A stretch of DNA of 64,000 bases from an uncultured Candidatus Saccharibacteria bacterium (GCA_964413715.1 CAYPSN010000001.1:135573-199572); one strand, 5' to 3'; positions 1-8,663 are shown, counted from the first letter of the stretch. The notes: a model not told the origin generated them from the sequence alone. Numbers and translations: made by a program.

Positions 1-218
1 ACTACCTTCAGGGCATCTTGTCGGTTGAAATACACACCATTCGGTGCCGACTTGTCGACCGGCTGAACGGGGGTGAGGCCATATCGCTGCATGATCCTCA
101 CTATATGTGTTGGCCGTTTGTGGCCGAACATCATGCCTACCTCAGCAAGCGTCGCAAGCTTTGGTTTCTGCCGAGCTGCCCACCTCTGACGTTCTTGCTC
201 GATCTCGTCTATCGCCAT
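1..218 (-). CDS. hypothetical protein, truncated by window edge (start codon at 218..216; possible HTH-like small protein)
   Basis: ATG preceded by AGGAGTG 5 nt upstream; frame open to position 1; own TTGCTA-16-TATACT promoter on minus strand at 254..281; not in the ORF track because it runs off the edge. Confidence 0.45.
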   Translation of the reverse strand, partial: MAIDEIEQERQRWAARQKPKLATLAEVGMMFGHKRPTHIVRIMQRYGLTPVQPVDKSAPNGVYFNRQDALKV

Positions 219-253
219 GTTTTCACTCCTGCGTATAGGGTACGAGTAGTTTG

Positions 254-323
254 AGTATAGCTTGATTGGCCAGATTAGCAACCATAACAGATAATTGACA
301 AAATATAAGGCTTATGGTATTAT
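254..323. promoter_or_regulatory. divergent sigma70-like promoters (minus-strand TTGCTA/TATACT for ORF 1..218; plus-strand TTGACA 295..300 - 17 bp - TATTAT 318..323 for ORF 389..718)
   Basis: hexamers read directly from sequence with canonical spacing. Confidence 0.55.
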
Positions 324-388
324 GTCTAGGTTCAATGTCCACCGATTCTCGTGTGGGCACGAGCCCGCACCTACCCGGGGGAGGCCCC

Positions 389-718
389 ATGTACGAAAAA
401 CTGCTCGCTTCCTGGATCGTGCTTTGCGCGATACTCGGAGGTATCACCTGGAACTTTTACACGAAGTTCCAAGAAGCGAACCGTCTCTACGGGGAGCAAT
501 TCGACGCCACATCTCTTGAGCAGGTCTCTCATGCGATGGACAGAACCATGTTGGCATGTCTGTTGTTCAGCGGGGTTCTCGCTGTCGGAGCGTGCGCTTT
601 CATCGCCCATTACATCGGTTCGGCAAGTGAAGAAGGTTCGGACAGCGCGCAAGATGACGAACCTGACCCAGACACCCCCATGGATGCACCATGGGGCCAT
701 GAGTCGCGAGCGGCCTGA
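389..718 (+). CDS. GC-rich small membrane protein (2 predicted TM helices), ORFan
   Basis: ATG 389 with GGGGGAGG RBS 4 nt upstream; high GC vs flanks; hydrophobic segments; acidic C-terminus; followed by hairpin with TTCG tetraloop. Confidence 0.6.
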   Translation: MYEKLLASWIVLCAILGGITWNFYTKFQEANRLYGEQFDATSLEQVSHAMDRTMLACLLFSGVLAVGACAFIAHYIGSASEEGSDSAQDDEPDPDTPMDAPWGHESRAA

Positions 719-723
719 GGTGC

Positions 724-780
724 GGGCGGGGTGGAGTCTTCGGACTTCACCCCGCCAAACCCGTAATTATCTTTTGACGC
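724..780 (+). terminator. hairpin GGCGGGGTGGAGTC-TTCG-GACTTCACCCCGCC followed by AT-rich tract
   Basis: inverted repeat seen in sequence; T-tract not immediately adjacent so efficiency uncertain. Confidence 0.45.
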
Positions 781-876
781 CACCGTATTGCAGAGTGGTG
801 TTTTTGTTTACCAGTCATCAACAATTGACAGCTCTAAGCATAAGTAGTATGATAAGCGCAACTAAGTAAAACAAAA

Positions 877-1578
877 ATGCCTACTAAAAAATCAATTAAA
901 CCAAAGGGTCGTAAGCGCAAGCGCCAAACCTTCGACAAGCGTCTTGTACTGGCGGCTCTTATTTTAATCGGCCTGCTTGGCTTAGTCGTAGCAGGTCTAG
1001 CACCAGCCAAGACTGCTAAAAGTACCGGCTCACAGACAAAGACAGAACAGCAATCTACTGCATCTTCTACCAAATCCAAACAACCCAAAGCCGCAACGCC
1101 GACTAATAGCTCCGATACACCCAGCAGACCAAGCTCATCATCAAGCTCCCAGAACAAGCAGTCATCAAATAGCGGATCAACTCAGACCAACAACACAGCT
1201 CCCGTCAGCCAGCAGGGCGTTGCAGCTCCTGTATTCACTCCTACAGCTTCGGTTTCAAAAATCTTTGAAGAGATTACTGCCTGTGTACGCGAACGCTACA
1301 TCTTTAGTGGTCAAATTACAGCAAATATGGCCGGCACAGTTAACTGGAACTGGCTTCGTTGGGATGGCGGCACAAGTGGAGTCAGCGGCACGGTCACATT
1401 CGACAGTAATGGCAATACAAATGATGCCATGCCCTCATATGACTTCTGGATCCACCCAAATTATGATGTAAGTGGCTGGGTTGCGCTTCAGCTAACCTGG
1501 TCTGGTGGCAATTACACCACGCCTCACAGTAACTTTACTTATGTCGATGCCGATGTAAACCCAGGCGGCTGCCCTTAG
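877..1578 (+). CDS. membrane-anchored Ser/Thr/Gln-rich secreted protein
   Basis: basic N-terminus then TM helix (LVLAALILIGLLGLVVAGL), long S/T/Q low-complexity linker, C-terminal globular part; backbone-like GC. Confidence 0.6.
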   Translation: MPTKKSIKPKGRKRKRQTFDKRLVLAALILIGLLGLVVAGLAPAKTAKSTGSQTKTEQQSTASSTKSKQPKAATPTNSSDTPSRPSSSSSSQNKQSSNSGSTQTNNTAPVSQQGVAAPVFTPTASVSKIFEEITACVRERYIFSGQITANMAGTVNWNWLRWDGGTSGVSGTVTFDSNGNTNDAMPSYDFWIHPNYDVSGWVALQLTWSGGNYTTPHSNFTYVDADVNPGGCP

Positions 1579-1662
1579 ACTTTAGCAGTTTTGATACTAG
1601 TACGACGCTTTACGCCGGCGCAATTATTTACAAGAATTCACAACTTTCGTTATACTAAACAC

Positions 1663-2475
1663 ATGCATAAGCGTTATGGTTTTAGCGGGATAGAAGTAAT
1701 TTTGGTTCTAGCAATCATTGCTGCAGTTGGGGGTGTAGCTTGGTTTGGTTTGCGCGGCAATAACGCAAAAGATTCTAGTACTATAGCGAACGCTAAAGCC
1801 GTCACTTGGAGCTTTAACGGCACCGCTTGGGAAGCATCGGGCAAGCCACCGGCGTGTTCAAACCCAATACGCTTTAGCCAAGCGCCATCCGACTTATCAA
1901 AAGCAACTGCAGTGTTGTACCCAGGTCAAACCCGCGGCGGAAATTACAAACCACATGGTGGACTGCGCTACCCTGACGGGCAGAATAACGTCACAGTTAA
2001 AGCCATTTATGACGGTCGAGTTACAGAAGGCGCGCGCTATATCGAAGCAGGCGAAGTCCAGTATTTATTTACCATAGTAAACGATTGCGGCATTGCATAT
2101 CGTTTTGATCACTTACAGACGTTGAGTCCTAAGTTTCAAGCTATGGCTGATAAGTTGCCTGCCGCTCAGCCAAACGAGTCACGCACCACACGTTTTGACG
2201 ATCCTCTTGAAGTTAAGGCAGGGGAAATAGTCGCAACAGCAGTAGGGTTTCCTAAAATGCGCAACGCATCCTATGATTTAGGGGTATATGATCTGCGTAG
2301 CACCAACCAGGCCGCTCAAAGCGCTGAGTATCGCGCTAAACACCAACCCTGGCTGAATCAGGCTGCATACGCAGTGTGCTGGATCGACATGTTTTCAGCC
2401 AGTGACAACGCTATACTTGCGTCCTTACCCGGTGGAGACATGGTGAGCGGCAAACAAAGTGACTACTGCAAGTAA
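1663..2475 (+). CDS. type IV pilin-like protein (prepilin-type N-terminal cleavage/methylation motif)
   Basis: MHKRYG|FSGIEVILVLAIIAAVGG: G-F-x-x-E class III signal with Glu at +5 and hydrophobic helix; TATACT -10 at 1651..1656 only 6 nt before ATG (leaderless). Confidence 0.7.
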   Translation: MHKRYGFSGIEVILVLAIIAAVGGVAWFGLRGNNAKDSSTIANAKAVTWSFNGTAWEASGKPPACSNPIRFSQAPSDLSKATAVLYPGQTRGGNYKPHGGLRYPDGQNNVTVKAIYDGRVTEGARYIEAGEVQYLFTIVNDCGIAYRFDHLQTLSPKFQAMADKLPAAQPNESRTTRFDDPLEVKAGEIVATAVGFPKMRNASYDLGVYDLRSTNQAAQSAEYRAKHQPWLNQAAYAVCWIDMFSASDNAILASLPGGDMVSGKQSDYCK

Positions 2476-2780
2476 TGGCTAAGCAAGATCAGCGTCCAGG
2501 AATTCTCGGTGGTATTGTTTGGCTCTTTATTGCTAGCTCGGTAGTGACCCTATTATTACGTTTTGGCTATGACGCGCTCGGCAAGCAGCCACAGGGGAGT
2601 ATTACGGCACTTTTGTATGATTGGAGCAATACACTTTTGCTGCCAATTAGCTGGCTTGATAGCTATTTAGAGCTCCCCAAAACGTTTGCCAATGTTAGCC
2701 TAACTATCCCGCTCGCGATAGGACTCTATGTGCTTGTGGGCTGGCTTGTGATGGCAGTTATGGCTCGCAATCGAGGCTGA
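2475..2780 (+). CDS. small integral membrane protein (3 TM)
   Basis: ATG overlaps the stop of the pilin gene (TAATGG); hydrophobic throughout. Confidence 0.5.
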   Translation: MAKQDQRPGILGGIVWLFIASSVVTLLLRFGYDALGKQPQGSITALLYDWSNTLLLPISWLDSYLELPKTFANVSLTIPLAIGLYVLVGWLVMAVMARNRG

Positions 2781-2786
2781 GTCTGC

Positions 2787-2814
2787 TTGACAGCATACTT
2801 ATGAGGCGTAATAT
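2787..2814 (+). promoter_or_regulatory. sigma70-like promoter TTGACA-16-TAATAT
   Basis: read directly; sits at the low-GC to high-GC transition. Confidence 0.5.
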
Positions 2815-2859
2815 TAGGTGTACCTACCTGAAGAAGGTTGGTTCATCGGAGGTATCTCC

Positions 2860-3237
2860 TTGGTCGCACTCATGACTCGACCCGAGGCGCAGACCGTCGC
2901 GCCGAGCCGTCCCGACTACACACGCGCGGAGACGATCAACCTGATCAAGCGCGACGGCAGGTGCGGCACGATCCGTGCTCGCCTGCTGCTGTTCTTCGCC
3001 GAAGATCGCACCAAGCGTGGCTGTCACGGTCGCATGACCATGCTGCAAATGCTGCTGATCCATCCGGTGCTCGAGCGCATCATCCCAGATGGAGCGCAGG
3101 CCAAGCCAGGCACAGCACACGAGGCTCTCAACCAGCTCGATCCGCTGGGGCGTCCGTTCGTGCATGGCAAGGATCAGTTCCTGGGCGAGTGGTTCTGCCA
3201 CTGGAGCCTCGGCGTCCGGTTCGAGCCGCAGCGCTAG
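2860..3237 (+). CDS. GC-rich hypothetical protein (ORFan), about 125 aa
   Basis: plus-strand frame has GC3 near 90% versus about 60% for the overlapping minus ORF; GGAGGT 6 nt before in-frame TTG 2860; promoter upstream and terminator downstream in the same orientation; start uncertain (alternative ATG 2872). Confidence 0.5.
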   Translation: MVALMTRPEAQTVAPSRPDYTRAETINLIKRDGRCGTIRARLLLFFAEDRTKRGCHGRMTMLQMLLIHPVLERIIPDGAQAKPGTAHEALNQLDPLGRPFVHGKDQFLGEWFCHWSLGVRFEPQR

Positions 3238-3260
3238 TACGCGGTCAAGCAACCTCCGAA

Positions 3261-3303
3261 GGCCCGCATTGCAATAACGCAACGCGGGCCTTCTGCTTAT
3301 TTG
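3261..3303 (+). terminator. rho-independent terminator GGCCCGC-loop-GCGGGCC followed by TTCTGCTTATTT
   Basis: perfect 7-bp GC stem plus U-tract. Confidence 0.7.
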
Positions 3304-3335
3304 GTGCTATAATGGTCCAAACGGAGGGCACAATA

Positions 3336-3818
3336 ATGTTTGAGTGGTTTAAGGAATGGCGACGCAGTAGATTTCATCTCAAAACTCGACGCTTGTATGG
3401 TGGCCATCGTCACACTGCTGCGATGCTAGGCGTAGCCCAGGAACACCAGAAAGCTACCCAAGAGCTTCACGAGCACATCCATGCAGGGCAGGAAGCCAGA
3501 ATGGCTTCTATTGACACGTCGTTTAAAGACCCTCGCAATCAAGATCTCGCACGTCAGGCAGAAGTTGAATCAAAAGCTAAGCTCGAGCCGCTCATGGACC
3601 AAGACACTCAGGCTGCCGAGCAGTTGACGGCGGACAGGCAAAAAGATTATGACAAAGAGCTCAAAAAAGCCACCAAACACTACGCTCGACATCAGGATAA
3701 ATATTATGATGCAGCCGTCGAGGATATGCGCGAAGCAGGAATGGAGTTAAAGACAAATTCCCCTGAGCCCACCAAGGAATCAAAGCCGCCAAGAGACCCA
3801 GGCATTAAATTGGGCTAG
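3336..3818 (+). CDS. hypothetical charged/coiled-coil protein
   Basis: ATG 3336 with GGAGGG 7 nt upstream; extended -10 (TGcTATAAT at 3305..3313); low-GC codon usage, unlike the upstream GC-rich ORF in the same long track ORF. Confidence 0.6.
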   Translation: MFEWFKEWRRSRFHLKTRRLYGGHRHTAAMLGVAQEHQKATQELHEHIHAGQEARMASIDTSFKDPRNQDLARQAEVESKAKLEPLMDQDTQAAEQLTADRQKDYDKELKKATKHYARHQDKYYDAAVEDMREAGMELKTNSPEPTKESKPPRDPGIKLG

Positions 3819-3825
3819 AACAGAA

Positions 3826-3856
3826 GCCCCCGACCTAAGCCAGGGGCTTCTGTCAG
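3826..3856. terminator. bidirectional hairpin GAAGCCCCC...GGGGCTTC between convergent gene ends
   Basis: inverted repeat seen between stop at 3818 (+) and stop at 3853 (-). Confidence 0.5.
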
Positions 3857-4419
3857 GGGATGTTGCGAGTGTCTATGCTGCGTGAGTACGCTTCGAATAT
3901 CTCGTTTGCCTCCTTTCGAACCAAGCGCTCGGTATCACGCAACCGACGCTTGCTTACGACAGTGTGAACAATGTCGATCAAGATGCAGACTAGGGCAGCT
4001 ACAAAAATGGCGACCGTAACGACGACGTTCTCGCTCCTCGCCGATACTCTCAGCCAGCCTACCGCTACGCAGACCAGCCAAGACGTCCAGCAGGTGATCT
4101 TCACCCACAAAATTCGCTTTTCAGAACGGACGTACTGAGCAAGCAAGCGTCGTTGTTTCTGCTCCAGGCTGCCTAATCTGCTTTGCGCCTCTAGCACTGC
4201 CGTGCGTTGCTGCTGAACGTGCCTAACTCTAGCAGCAATTAAGGCATCGTCCTTGCGTGGAGCTTCTTCCAGCAGGTAGGTATCGAGATCACTCAAGATA
4301 CTGTCTGCCAGATTGCGCGCATTTCTGGTATTGTCGACTTCTTCGGCAAGCTGAAACTCCAGATCGATGTGCTGCCGAACACGACGAACACTTGGAAGCC
4401 AGCCCAAAATTCGCTTCAT
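3853..4419 (-). CDS. hypothetical protein with C-terminal TM segments
   Basis: ATG 4419 with GGGGGCAGC upstream; about 52% GC. Confidence 0.55.
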   Translation of the reverse strand: MKRILGWLPSVRRVRQHIDLEFQLAEEVDNTRNARNLADSILSDLDTYLLEEAPRKDDALIAARVRHVQQQRTAVLEAQSRLGSLEQKQRRLLAQYVRSEKRILWVKITCWTSWLVCVAVGWLRVSARSENVVVTVAIFVAALVCILIDIVHTVVSKRRLRDTERLVRKEANEIFEAYSRSIDTRNIP

Positions 4420-4487
4420 GCTGCCCCCAGGGCACTCGTAGATACGAAGTGAGCAAACTATATACTATTAATGCCAAAAATACAATA

Positions 4488-4982
4488 CTAAGCGCGACGG
4501 CGGGGTATAAATCGAGGTGTATTTAACTTATAGCGCGCGTAGCGTGAGCCGAACAGGGCTTCGAGCATGGCTTCTTCGCGCTGAGATTTTATCCATAGCA
4601 CCACAACAAGGCTGGCAAAGATCAACGCTCGGGCAATGCTTACTCGTATCAGTAATGTGCCAAGTGCCCATAGGATTATTCCGCTATATACTGGGTGGCG
4701 GACTCGCTTGTATAAGCCGCTGGTCGTGAGCTGGGCATTCTTTACGGGTTCGGCGAATATCGAAAGGGAATACTTGCGCAGTTGCCAGAGCGCTCGGGCA
4801 GCAATGTAGACACCACCAAGTCGCATGAGGTTGGCAAAGAGTATATGTAGCCCGCCCTCGCGTCGGCCAGGGAAGTACAAAACTGCAATCATCAAGCCAA
4901 GCTGAAGTGCAACCAAGATAATGCTGATAGTTTTTGGCTTTGGACTTACTGCATGCCGCCCGCTGCGTCTGCGCCGTTTCAT
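4488..4982 (-). CDS. isoprenylcysteine carboxyl methyltransferase (ICMT/PEMT) family membrane methyltransferase
   Basis: multi-TM protein with the family-typical RHPxY...ILWALG segment (VRHPVYSGIILWALG) and C-terminal acidic motif; -10 TATACT (4994..4989) only 6 nt before ATG (leaderless). Confidence 0.75.
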   Translation of the reverse strand: MKRRRRSGRHAVSPKPKTISIILVALQLGLMIAVLYFPGRREGGLHILFANLMRLGGVYIAARALWQLRKYSLSIFAEPVKNAQLTTSGLYKRVRHPVYSGIILWALGTLLIRVSIARALIFASLVVVLWIKSQREEAMLEALFGSRYARYKLNTPRFIPRRRA

Positions 4983-5043
4983 AGCCCAAGTATACCGCTT
5001 GTGCTTAATAAAATCGAGTAAATTATTTCAGGTACGAAAAGAG

Positions 5044-5087
5044 CCCCGGAGGGGAGTACAGGACTCTTCCGGGGCTCACGTGCGTAG
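5044..5087 (-). terminator. terminator of the AGAGCCCCG repeat family (GAGCCCCGG...CCGGGGCTC + TCTTTTCGTA on minus strand)
   Basis: hairpin plus U-tract read on the minus strand. Confidence 0.7.
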
Positions 5088-5099
5088 CCCTTGGTGGTC

Positions 5100-5480
5100 T
5101 CAGCCGAAGTACCAGCTGAAGCCGGCACCCATGATCATGCCTGCCATCAGACAGAGCATGGCTGGCAGGGCGATGGCAGCACGGATCTCGTTCTGCACGA
5201 GGTACGCCGATGGCTGCACCCAGTAGTTGGCGTACTTGGCATTCACCTTGCGGCGAGCGCGCAACCAGCCGAACAGGGCACCGATGTAGCCGCCGATCAA
5301 GGCACCACCGACCGCCCAGAGGAACGGAGTGGTGTTCTCCTGCCCGCCCGACGAACGGGTGGTGTAGAGGAACTTCAGCACCAGCCCCGGATCCATGAAG
5401 CGGATGTAGGTCATCACCGCGATGAGGCCGATGATCAGGCCGATGCCGACCTTGTACAGCACATCCTTCACGGCCGTCAC
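5100..5480 (-). CDS. GC-rich integral membrane protein (3 TM), ORFan
   Basis: GTG start overlaps the stop of the upstream small ORF (GTGA); high GC; hydrophobic. Confidence 0.55.
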   Translation of the reverse strand: MTAVKDVLYKVGIGLIIGLIAVMTYIRFMDPGLVLKFLYTTRSSGGQENTTPFLWAVGGALIGGYIGALFGWLRARRKVNAKYANYWVQPSAYLVQNEIRAAIALPAMLCLMAGMIMGAGFSWYFG

Positions 5481-5587
5481 TTGAGACCACTCAGCGCCCA
5501 GTACAGGACAGCCGAGGTTCCCACGGTGAACAGCGCCGTGAGGACGTTCTTCTGCAGCTCGGTGAGCTGCTTCTTTGCCTTGGCCAC
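5477..5587 (-). CDS. small membrane protein (36 aa) MAKAKKQLTELQKNVLTALFTVGTSAVLYWALSGLK
   Basis: AAGGAGG RBS 4 nt before GTG start; translationally coupled to downstream gene; not in the ORF track (under 60 aa). Confidence 0.45.
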   Translation of the reverse strand: MAKAKKQLTELQKNVLTALFTVGTSAVLYWALSGLK

Positions 5588-5624
5588 AGGGGCCTCCTTG
5601 ATGTAGGGAACTACGAACGTATGC

Positions 5625-5653
5625 ATATTACCATATTACTTATGCTTTGTCAA
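5625..5653 (-). promoter_or_regulatory. sigma70-like promoter TTGACA-17-TAATAT (minus strand) for the 5587..5100 operon
   Basis: read directly; shares the motif TTGACAAA...TATGGTAWTATG with the promoter at 295..323. Confidence 0.5.
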
Positions 5654-5871
5654 TAATATCCTCTCTGCTGCGGCGCAGAAAACATTGCGTTTTTAGACTT
5701 TCGTTCTTTTGAACTCATCAGCATAGAAACACATCTATGGAGTCTCCCGAGGGAGCCCACAATGAGCGCGCTTTTTGTTGCGCGCCCACCATGAGCGTCT
5801 CCTCAGGTGCCTGATTGTACAGGACTTTTTGGACGGATTAGCCGCCCTCTTCGCCTCTTGGGCTTGGGATG

Positions 5872-7605
5872 TCAGCGCTTGCCGAGGATGTGCAGCTCGA
5901 TCGTCGGCCTGATCTTGTTGTCGATCAGAGTGCGGTAGGTGTCCAGCTCGGCGTCCGTTGGGAAGTGCGCCAGCAGGGTGAGCAGCTCGATGGCCAACCA
6001 CTCCTGCAGGTGCATGATCCAGCGGTCGTTTCGAGCCGTGTGCCTGCCGTTGGTCTCGTCGAGCTTGACCCAGTCGGGGTGCCTGATGTTGAGCACCAGG
6101 GTTCCCGTGCTGGACTCGAACTCCCACAGGTGGGCGTTGCCAGCAAGCTCGTCGTAGCGGAACGACAGACCCTGGGAGCTTGCGCTCACAGAGCCCTTCT
6201 TGGTTCCACCCGACCCACCGGGATGCGGCTTGGTTGGGCGTTCGCCCTCACCGCTACCGCCGCCGGGCTTGCGCCCGCCGCTCGTGCCGTTGCCGCCACG
6301 AGTACCTGGCTCGTCATCGCCCGAGGTCTCACCCTCGGCCTTCTCGCTACCTCCGGGGTCCGGAGATGGTGCTCCGAAGCGCTTCCAGTCGGCGTCGGGG
6401 AATTGCTCGCTCAGTCGCTTGAGGCTCTCGTTGGCGAGGTCCTCGTAGCGGGAGCGATCCTGATCTTCCCGTTCCTCCTCGTAGAGCGCCTGCCCGACTT
6501 CCTCGTACCAGGTGCTCAGCACCAAGTACAAGCCGTGCAGGGGATCGTTGTACTTGAAGCTCTCCCGATCATCACGCAGGGTGATGTTCTCACATCGGAT
6601 GTAGCCCTCGAAGTACCCCGAGCAGAGCACGCTGGCAGCGTCGCTGACGAATTCCCAGAACTTGCCGGAGCGAGCCTGGTTGGCAAACGCCGTCATCGTC
6701 ACACCGAAGTCACCAACCTGGCGCATGACCTGCACCTTGCCCTCCCGCCTGCCGCGCTGTTGCGGCGCACGAAAGAGGGTGATGGTGACCTTGCCGGCGA
6801 TCGGGTCGGTGTACTCGACAACGTCGAGCGGATCTCCCTGGAACGACTGAGGTTCGATGTCACAAACCTCCTTGCTGCCGTTCGAGATCAGGGCGATGCG
6901 CACCTCGACACCCTTGCGCTGCATGGCGATGCCGAAGTTCTGACGGATCTCCGACACGAGCACTTCCAGGTCGATACGACTGACATGCCGGTCCTTGGTC
7001 AGGCCGTTCATCTTGATCATGGTCTGGTAGCGAACGCCGAAACGACCGCTCAGTTCACTGCGGAACTGCTGACCAGGATCCGGAAGCTTGTGGATCGACT
7101 TCCACGGGATGTGGAGCGTCTCGTGCTGAACTCGCACCTCTTCTTCTCGGAAGGTCCACACGTGGCCCTTCTTCGCACCACGTGCGATCGAAGCGAAGGT
7201 GTAGGTCTTGCACTTGTCGATTGGAGCCACGAGCCCCAAGCCGAACTCGCCCAGCTTGTCGGCATCCTTGATGGAGTTACCGATGTTGAGCAGAGCCTCG
7301 TTGAAGCCTGCCATCGTGGTGCCCTTGCCGTTGTCGAGCACGATCACCACTCGCTTGTCGAGATCGATACCGACGAAGATCAGGCTGGCGCCTTGATCGA
7401 TGCCGTTCTGAACCATCTCCTTGAGCGCTGCTCGCAGGGTGGGGTACCGATCTGCGTAGTACATGATGGCATTGCCTTGGTGGACACCGGCCGGGGAAGA
7501 CCCCGAACCGGCCTGGACAGCCTCAGCGGGTTCGCCGCTGGGGTCTTCTGTGGGTTCCTCAGCGGGATCGCCGCTGGGGTCATCTGTGGACTCAGCCACG
7601 GTCAC
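5872..7605 (-). CDS. GHKL-superfamily ATPase (HATPase_c_3; MORC/MutL-like ATP-binding fold) with acidic repeat N-terminus, Gly-rich linker and C-terminal domain
   Basis: N-box EMVQNGIDQ (ExxxNxxD), G1 box VLDNGKGTTMAGF (DxGxG), G2 box GEFGLGL present in order; 4-bp start/stop overlap with upstream gene; high GC. Confidence 0.75.
   Translation of the reverse strand: MTVAESTDDPSGDPAEEPTEDPSGEPAEAVQAGSGSSPAGVHQGNAIMYYADRYPTLRAALKEMVQNGIDQGASLIFVGIDLDKRVVIVLDNGKGTTMAGFNEALLNIGNSIKDADKLGEFGLGLVAPIDKCKTYTFASIARGAKKGHVWTFREEEVRVQHETLHIPWKSIHKLPDPGQQFRSELSGRFGVRYQTMIKMNGLTKDRHVSRIDLEVLVSEIRQNFGIAMQRKGVEVRIALISNGSKEVCDIEPQSFQGDPLDVVEYTDPIAGKVTITLFRAPQQRGRREGKVQVMRQVGDFGVTMTAFANQARSGKFWEFVSDAASVLCSGYFEGYIRCENITLRDDRESFKYNDPLHGLYLVLSTWYEEVGQALYEEEREDQDRSRYEDLANESLKRLSEQFPDADWKRFGAPSPDPGGSEKAEGETSGDDEPGTRGGNGTSGGRKPGGGSGEGERPTKPHPGGSGGTKKGSVSASSQGLSFRYDELAGNAHLWEFESSTGTLVLNIRHPDWVKLDETNGRHTARNDRWIMHLQEWLAIELLTLLAHFPTDAELDTYRTLIDNKIRPTIELHILGKR
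7523..7594 (-). repeat. tandem 36-bp direct repeat inside the 5' end of the GHKL ATPase gene (encodes acidic DPSGDPAEEPTE/DPSGEPAEAVQ repeats)
   Basis: cagcgggttcgccgctggggtcttctgtgggttcct / cagcgggatcgccgctggggtcatctgtggactcag. Confidence 0.8.
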
Positions 7606-8318
7606 CTTCCTTCTCGGTGTTGTGCACGAGCACGCTCGGAGTTGAGCGCGTTCAGGACTTGGGAAAGGTTGAACAAGCTGTTGGCCAGCTCGAACAACTC
7701 TTCGCCCGCCAGCTCACGCAGGCGGGAGCGCTGGGCTGGAGTCCAAGATTCCAGTGCCAGCAAAGCAAGGGGGGATACCCCTTTCACCATCGCTGCCAGT
7801 ACGGGCACCAGCACGTCGAATGCTGGCGCTTCCGCCAACACCTCTGGGGTTGCCTCTGGAAGCGGGGGAAGAGCACTTGGACTGAACGCACGCAGCTTGT
7901 CCTGCAGTCCGCTCTTGGCGTACTGCAAGCTTTCTCCGTACATCTCCTCCAGGCCCTCGACGCCCACAGCAGGCTGCATGGGCTCACGCCCACGCAGGAT
8001 CTGCAGCACGTCTTGGTTGTTCTTGACCCCGCTCAGCTGCTTGGCCTCATCGATCGTGATGACCGAGTAGGCGTACAGCTCGGCGAGGTACTGGTTGAAC
8101 TGCGGAATCCGAAGCTCGGGGATCTCATACCCGGCAGCCAGCACGAAGTGCCAGAGCCGAATCTCGAGGGTTCCCTGAGCCGGATTGCTGTTGGCTGTCC
8201 AGCGTTCCACGGAAGACCGCGCAGCCCCCACGAAATCACAGACGGGCTGTGTTCCATGATGGGTTACGAAGTCCGCCAGGGACGGCTGCAGCCACCGAAA
8301 TGGCTTGTGAACCTGCAT
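7602..8318 (-). CDS. hypothetical protein (238 aa), upstream partner of the GHKL ATPase
   Basis: ATG 8318 with AAGGAGCC RBS; longer track ORF start at 8378 lies inside promoter/operator sequence, so shorter start preferred; high GC. Confidence 0.6.
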   Translation of the reverse strand: MQVHKPFRWLQPSLADFVTHHGTQPVCDFVGAARSSVERWTANSNPAQGTLEIRLWHFVLAAGYEIPELRIPQFNQYLAELYAYSVITIDEAKQLSGVKNNQDVLQILRGREPMQPAVGVEGLEEMYGESLQYAKSGLQDKLRAFSPSALPPLPEATPEVLAEAPAFDVLVPVLAAMVKGVSPLALLALESWTPAQRSRLRELAGEELFELANSLFNLSQVLNALNSERARAQHREGR

Positions 8319-8387
8319 GGCTCCTTCTTGGGGGTTGATGGGTGGGTGGATTAGCGAACTAATCATCCCTTTTTTCAAAGGGCGATC

Positions 8388-8441
8388 GTCCGTAAACGGA
8401 CGTCTGTATTATTCTATCATCATATCTGTTTTTGTCAATCA
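8388..8441 (-). promoter_or_regulatory. promoter TTGACA(8441..8436)-16-TAGAAT(8418..8413) with perfect palindrome CGTCCGTAAACGGACG (8388..8403) at about +1, candidate operator
   Basis: read directly from sequence. Confidence 0.5.
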
Positions 8442-8663
8442 TTTTTTACGTTTATTATTGTTAACAAACGTAAATAGTTTAAAGATAGGCCGTAAGTGAT
8501 TTTACTTATATTAATTCGTCATGTGTCGTTGACAATTATGTAGTGCTTATTAGCAAGAATGACATTGCCCACCAACTCTCTCAAGAACCTACAGAATGAG
8601 CAGGGATTGCACCGCAGGAGTATAATATAAGTGTAAGGAGAGATACTCTCCACAGGAGGTTCT

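Noticed and set aside
18-254. 78-aa plus-strand ORF at the window start
   Set aside because: Minus-strand frame has a canonical AGGAGTG-ATG start and promoter; plus ORF lacks RBS.
1591-1662. Longer N-terminal extension of the pilin gene (track start 1591)
   Set aside because: No RBS. The canonical prepilin leader (short basic peptide ending in Gly before FSGIE) begins at ATG 1663, which also fits the leaderless promoter.
2824-3282. 152-aa minus-strand ORF overlapping the GC-rich gene at 2860-3237
   Set aside because: GC3 about 60% versus about 90% for the plus frame. Its TTG start sits inside the plus-strand terminator hairpin. Promoter and terminator orientation both support the plus strand.
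5869-8070. 733-aa plus-strand ORF
   Set aside because: Antisense to the minus-strand GHKL ATPase and partner genes, which carry recognisable motifs, RBSs and promoter. Long antisense ORFs are expected in 60%+ GC DNA.
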